Source: Candidatus Omnitrophota bacterium (lineage in GTDB: Bacteria > Omnitrophota > Gorgyraeia > Duberdicusellales > 4484-171). From it: a DNA stretch of 57,493 nt. The notes under the pieces were generated by a model. It did not search any database and was not told where the DNA came from. It worked only from the letters and a program-made list of their open reading frames with translations. The stretch is from the NCBI GenBank assembly GCA_021735445.1, contig JAIPHA010000006.1:1-57493 (forward strand), written 5' to 3'. Position 1 is the first letter of the stretch. Each line of letters opens with the position of its first letter. The translations under genes were made by a program, and so were the position numbers. Shown one piece after another: positions 53,980-57,493 of the stretch.

Positions 53980-56439
53980 TTATATAACAATATTAATAAT
54001 TTTTCCCTTAACGTAGATAATCTTTTTAGGTGATTTATCAGCAATAATCTTTTTTACCTTTATTTGAGCTAAAGCTTTCGTTTTTACTTCTTCTTTCGAT
54101 AAAGAAAAATCGATAACCATTTTGTCTTTTACTTTGCCATTTATTAATATCGCAATTTCGCCTTCGTCTTTTTTGAGCATTTTCGGGTCAACTTTCGGCC
54201 AACTCCGGTTGAAAACAGTACCTTTGTGGCCCAAAAGGCTGTTGACCTCTTCGCTTATATGCGGAGTAAAAGGAGAAAGGAGCAAGAAAACCGTGTCTAC
54301 CGCTTGGGCAAAAATTTCTTTTTCTACCCCCTGCTGGATAGATTTATATATCTGATTTACTAATTCCATAATCCGGCTTATTGCCGTATTAAACTGAAAA
54401 TCGCCTTCTAAGTCTCCTGTAACTTCAGAAATAGTAGAATGTATTTTTCGAAGCAGCAGCTCTTTTTGCCCGGCTTTATCCCCTTGGTTTTTATCTTCTT
54501 TAAAATTTTTCAGTTTATCCACCAACCGCAAAGCTCTTTGTAAAAACCGCCGGCTGCCTTGTAAGGCTTCATCCTGCCAAATCGCTTCCTTTTGGGGCGG
54601 GCCCATGAATAAAATATATAGACGCATGGTATCGGCGCCATATTTTTCGATAATATAATCAGGAGCTACTACATTGCCTTTTGATTTAGACATTTTAGCT
54701 CCGTCTTTTATGATCATCCCTTGGGTAAACAGCTTGACAAACGGTTCGTCAAAACTTATTTTCTTTTGATCAGCCAAAAATTTAGTTATAAAACGAGAAT
54801 ACATCAAATGCAAAATTGCATGTTCAACTCCGCCGATATATTGATCGACCGGAAGCCAATTATCAACATCTTCTTTAACAAAAGGCGCGCTCGCCTGCCC
54901 CGGTGAAATATAACGCAGGTAATACCAGCTCGAATCGACAAAAGTGTCCATAGTATCTGTCTCTCTTTCCGCCGGCCGGTTGCAGCGAGGGCATTTAGTT
55001 TGGATAAAATCCTTATCCTCGGCCAGAGGAGATTTTCCTGTCGGCAAAAACCTATCGACTTCGGGAAGCAATACCGGTAAATCTTTATCTTCTACAGGCA
55101 CTTCTCCGCACTCTTTGCAATAGAGAATAGGAATCGGCGCCCCCCAATACCTTTGCCTTGAAACCAACCAATCTTTAAGGCGAAAGTTAGTTTCTCTCGC
55201 CCCGATATTTTCTTGTTCCATAAAATCAGCTATTTTTTCTTTAGCTTCATTTGAAGCCAGCCCATTAAAATCACCGGAATTAACCAAATTGCCCTCTCCT
55301 TCATACGCCTCTTCTTTGTTTGCTTTTATTTTTTGATCTTTGGCTTTTGGTTCTTTGATAACCTCTGTAATTGGCAATTGGTACTTTTTAGCAAATTCAA
55401 AATCCCTTTTATCATGAGCCGGAACAGACATAATCGCACCTGTGCCATAACCAGAAAGTATATAGTTGGCAATCCAAATCGGTATCTTTGCGCCGGTCAT
55501 AGGATTTATAGCAAATTCTCCCGTAAACATACCTTTTTTTTCAAAATCTTGAGACCTAAGCAAAGACGCTTCTTCTTTTTTAGTCTGGCTTATAAACTTT
55601 AATATTTCTTGCTTGTTATCCGAATCATCAATTAATTTTATTACGGCTGGATGCTGATAGTTTAAAGCCAGAAAAGTTGCGCCAAAGATAGTATCGACCC
55701 TGGTTGTAAAACAATTTAGGGGTTTATCCAGATTTTTAACTGAAAATTTTATAGTTACCCCAACTGACTTGCCGATCCAATTCTTTTGCATCAACTTTAC
55801 CCTTTGCGGCCATTCTTTTAACTTATCTAGATCATCTAAAAGGCGCTGCGCATAATCTGTAATTTTAAAAAACCATTGTTTTAAATTCCTTTGCGAAACT
55901 TGGTTAGAACATCTTTCACACTTTCCCTCAATTACCTGTTCGTTAGCCAAAACCGTCTTACAAGATTCACACCAATTAACCGGAGCCTCTTTTTTATAAG
56001 CCAGCCCTTTTTTATAAAGTTCTAAAAACAACCATTGCGTCCAACGGTAATATTGAGGAAAACAGGTCGCAATTTCTTTTTCCCAATCATAGCTTATTCC
56101 CCAACTTTTGAGTTGCTGGGTTATCCGCTTTATATTTTTTAAAGTCCAGGCCCGCGGATGAATATTATGTTTAATCGCCTGATTCTCAGCAGGTAAGCCA
56201 AAGGCATCCCAGCCCATAGGATTTAAAACATAATACCCTCTCATTCTCTTATACCTGGCCACAGCGTCTCCAATGATATAGTTACGGCCATGGCCGACGT
56301 GAAGCTCACTGGAAGGATAAGGAAACATTACCAGGCAATAATATTTGGGTTTTTTGATATTTTTAACGCAAACCTTAAAAGTATTATTTGCCTGCCAAAA
56401 TTCTTGCCATTTTTGGTCAATTTTTTTTGTGTATTCCAT
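53980..56439 (-). CDS. leuS: Leucyl-tRNA synthetase
   Basis: MFPYPS..LHVGH, GWDAFGLPAEN, editing domain (FTTRVDT, YGTGAIMSVPAHD.RD), SRQRYWGAPIP, KMSKSKGN. Confidence 0.98.
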   Translation of the reverse strand: MEYTKKIDQKWQEFWQANNTFKVCVKNIKKPKYYCLVMFPYPSSELHVGHGRNYIIGDAVARYKRMRGYYVLNPMGWDAFGLPAENQAIKHNIHPRAWTLKNIKRITQQLKSWGISYDWEKEIATCFPQYYRWTQWLFLELYKKGLAYKKEAPVNWCESCKTVLANEQVIEGKCERCSNQVSQRNLKQWFFKITDYAQRLLDDLDKLKEWPQRVKLMQKNWIGKSVGVTIKFSVKNLDKPLNCFTTRVDTIFGATFLALNYQHPAVIKLIDDSDNKQEILKFISQTKKEEASLLRSQDFEKKGMFTGEFAINPMTGAKIPIWIANYILSGYGTGAIMSVPAHDKRDFEFAKKYQLPITEVIKEPKAKDQKIKANKEEAYEGEGNLVNSGDFNGLASNEAKEKIADFMEQENIGARETNFRLKDWLVSRQRYWGAPIPILYCKECGEVPVEDKDLPVLLPEVDRFLPTGKSPLAEDKDFIQTKCPRCNRPAERETDTMDTFVDSSWYYLRYISPGQASAPFVKEDVDNWLPVDQYIGGVEHAILHLMYSRFITKFLADQKKISFDEPFVKLFTQGMIIKDGAKMSKSKGNVVAPDYIIEKYGADTMRLYILFMGPPQKEAIWQDEALQGSRRFLQRALRLVDKLKNFKEDKNQGDKAGQKELLLRKIHSTISEVTGDLEGDFQFNTAISRIMELVNQIYKSIQQGVEKEIFAQAVDTVFLLLSPFTPHISEEVNSLLGHKGTVFNRSWPKVDPKMLKKDEGEIAILINGKVKDKMVIDFSLSKEEVKTKALAQIKVKKIIADKSPKKIIYVKGKIINIVI

Positions 56440-57283
56440 CAAAAGAAAGCCTCCGGACCATTTTTAAATTTTTCAAATCATCATCTAAACTCTCTTTGGG
56501 AGTTTCTAAGATAAAAACTAAACTTTTTAGTTTAGGATGGTTTAAAATAAGCCGAAACCCATCTTCTCCGATACTGCCTCTGCCGATATGAAAATGCCTA
56601 TCCAGCCTTGAGCTTAATTTTACTTGAGTATCGTTAAGATGCACCACTTTTAATTTATCCATACCCACCTCTCCTTCAATTTCTGAAATCAGTTTTTGAA
56701 GGCCTTTTTCTTTATTAATTTCATAGCCTGCCGCCCAAGCATGAGCAGTATCAAGGCACACTCCCAAGCGGCCGGATAGCTTTATTTTATCAAAAATAAA
56801 TTTAAAATGAGAAAATTTATACCCCAGCCAGCTTCCGCTTCCGGCAGTATTTTCTATAAGAACTTTGGTCTTTGCTCCTTTTGTATTGCTTAAAATTAAA
56901 TTCAGAGCTTCTATTATTTTTAAAAGGCCGGAGGCTTCGCTTCCTTTTTTATAAGACCCCATATGGGTGACTAAATAATCCACACCCAGCTTATCAGCTT
57001 CTATCAAATCTTTGGTGAACTCTCTTATGGTTATTTTATGAAAACCTTTTCTCTGGGACGCAAGATTAAGAAGATAGGGAGCATGGGCGACAACCGGGCT
57101 TATTCCCAGCTCTCTTGTTTTATTTTTAAATATTTCTATGTCTTCTGAAATTAAAGATTTTCTTCTCCATTGGCGAGGATTACGGGCGAATATCTGCATA
57201 GTATTGCAGCCGATTTTCTTCGCTCTCTCAACCGATTCATAGATTTTACCAGCAGCTGAAACATGAACACCTAATTTTAACAA
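56417..57283 (-). CDS. nfo: Endonuclease IV
   Basis: GVHVS.AG, QIF..NP, HAPYL.NL, ENTAG.G, CLDTAH, HLND, DRH.HIG.G, ILETP; TTG start. Confidence 0.95.
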   Translation of the reverse strand: MLKLGVHVSAAGKIYESVERAKKIGCNTMQIFARNPRQWRRKSLISEDIEIFKNKTRELGISPVVAHAPYLLNLASQRKGFHKITIREFTKDLIEADKLGVDYLVTHMGSYKKGSEASGLLKIIEALNLILSNTKGAKTKVLIENTAGSGSWLGYKFSHFKFIFDKIKLSGRLGVCLDTAHAWAAGYEINKEKGLQKLISEIEGEVGMDKLKVVHLNDTQVKLSSRLDRHFHIGRGSIGEDGFRLILNHPKLKSLVFILETPKESLDDDLKNLKMVRRLSFDGIHKKN

Positions 57284-57336
57284 TTGAAATCCTTAATTTT
57301 AAAACCACCGATTATTTTTCAAACCAGAGGAAAATA

Positions 57337-57409
57337 TGGAGCCGGGGGGATTTGAACCCCCGACCTCAACACTGCCAGTGTTGCGTGCTCCCAACTGCAC
57401 CACGGCCCC
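57337..57409 (-). tRNA. tRNA-Ala (GGC), CCA not encoded
   Basis: Reverse complement GGGGCCGTGGTGCAGTTGGGAGCACGCAACACTGGCAGTGTTGAGGTCGGGGGTTCAAATCCCCCCGGCTCCA; G3:U70 pair, GGC anticodon. Confidence 0.95.
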
Positions 57410-57493
57410 ATTGAAAATGTAATTATTTAGCGAATACCTTTATTTCGGTGGCACTTAAGCTGAATTACTCAACGAAGTACTTTATACTTGAAG

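Noticed and set aside
2053-56591. Other short (60-173 aa) ORFs in the track nested in or antisense to confident genes
   Set aside because: They overlap well-conserved housekeeping CDSs and lack motifs or translation signals; expected by chance

Overview
Low-GC (roughly 35%, by eye), gene-dense core-genome segment of a diderm (LPS-producing) bacterium; gene content and orphan families suggest Candidatus Omnitrophota/PVC (inference). Almost all genes are on the minus strand. In transcription order (right to left): tRNA-Ala(GGC), nfo-leuS-comEA-comEC, an orphan secreted protein, bamD-lptE-holA, (rpsT on +), murJ-uvrC-MGMT-like-pilT/U-prfB-secA-lnt-lpxL, an uncharacterised trio (880-aa outer-membrane beta-barrel, membrane-anchored coiled-coil protein, LacI regulator, with a LacI-type operator on the promoter), an intein-containing class II ribonucleotide reductase with tandem NrdR boxes, holB-ricT-metG-tatD-mtnA-tsaE-tsaB-alr, (comF-lptF-lptG on +), a GAF histidine kinase and receiver protein, rluA-type, DUF192, then a contiguous arginine and lysine (DapL route) block, ybhB, eno, ftsB-like and tRNA-fMet. 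The least explained signals are non-coding: (i) a ~60-bp composite repeat (GGGGACGTTYCCC hairpin plus a spaced palindrome AYAA-N4-TTG-N5-CAA-N4-TTAT) in three copies, two forming an inverted doublet; (ii) degenerate 7-mer and 9-mer tandem arrays, often in inverted pairs, at gene junctions of housekeeping operons. No CRISPR array, rRNA, transposase or prophage was seen. All calls were made by eye from motifs; no searches were run.
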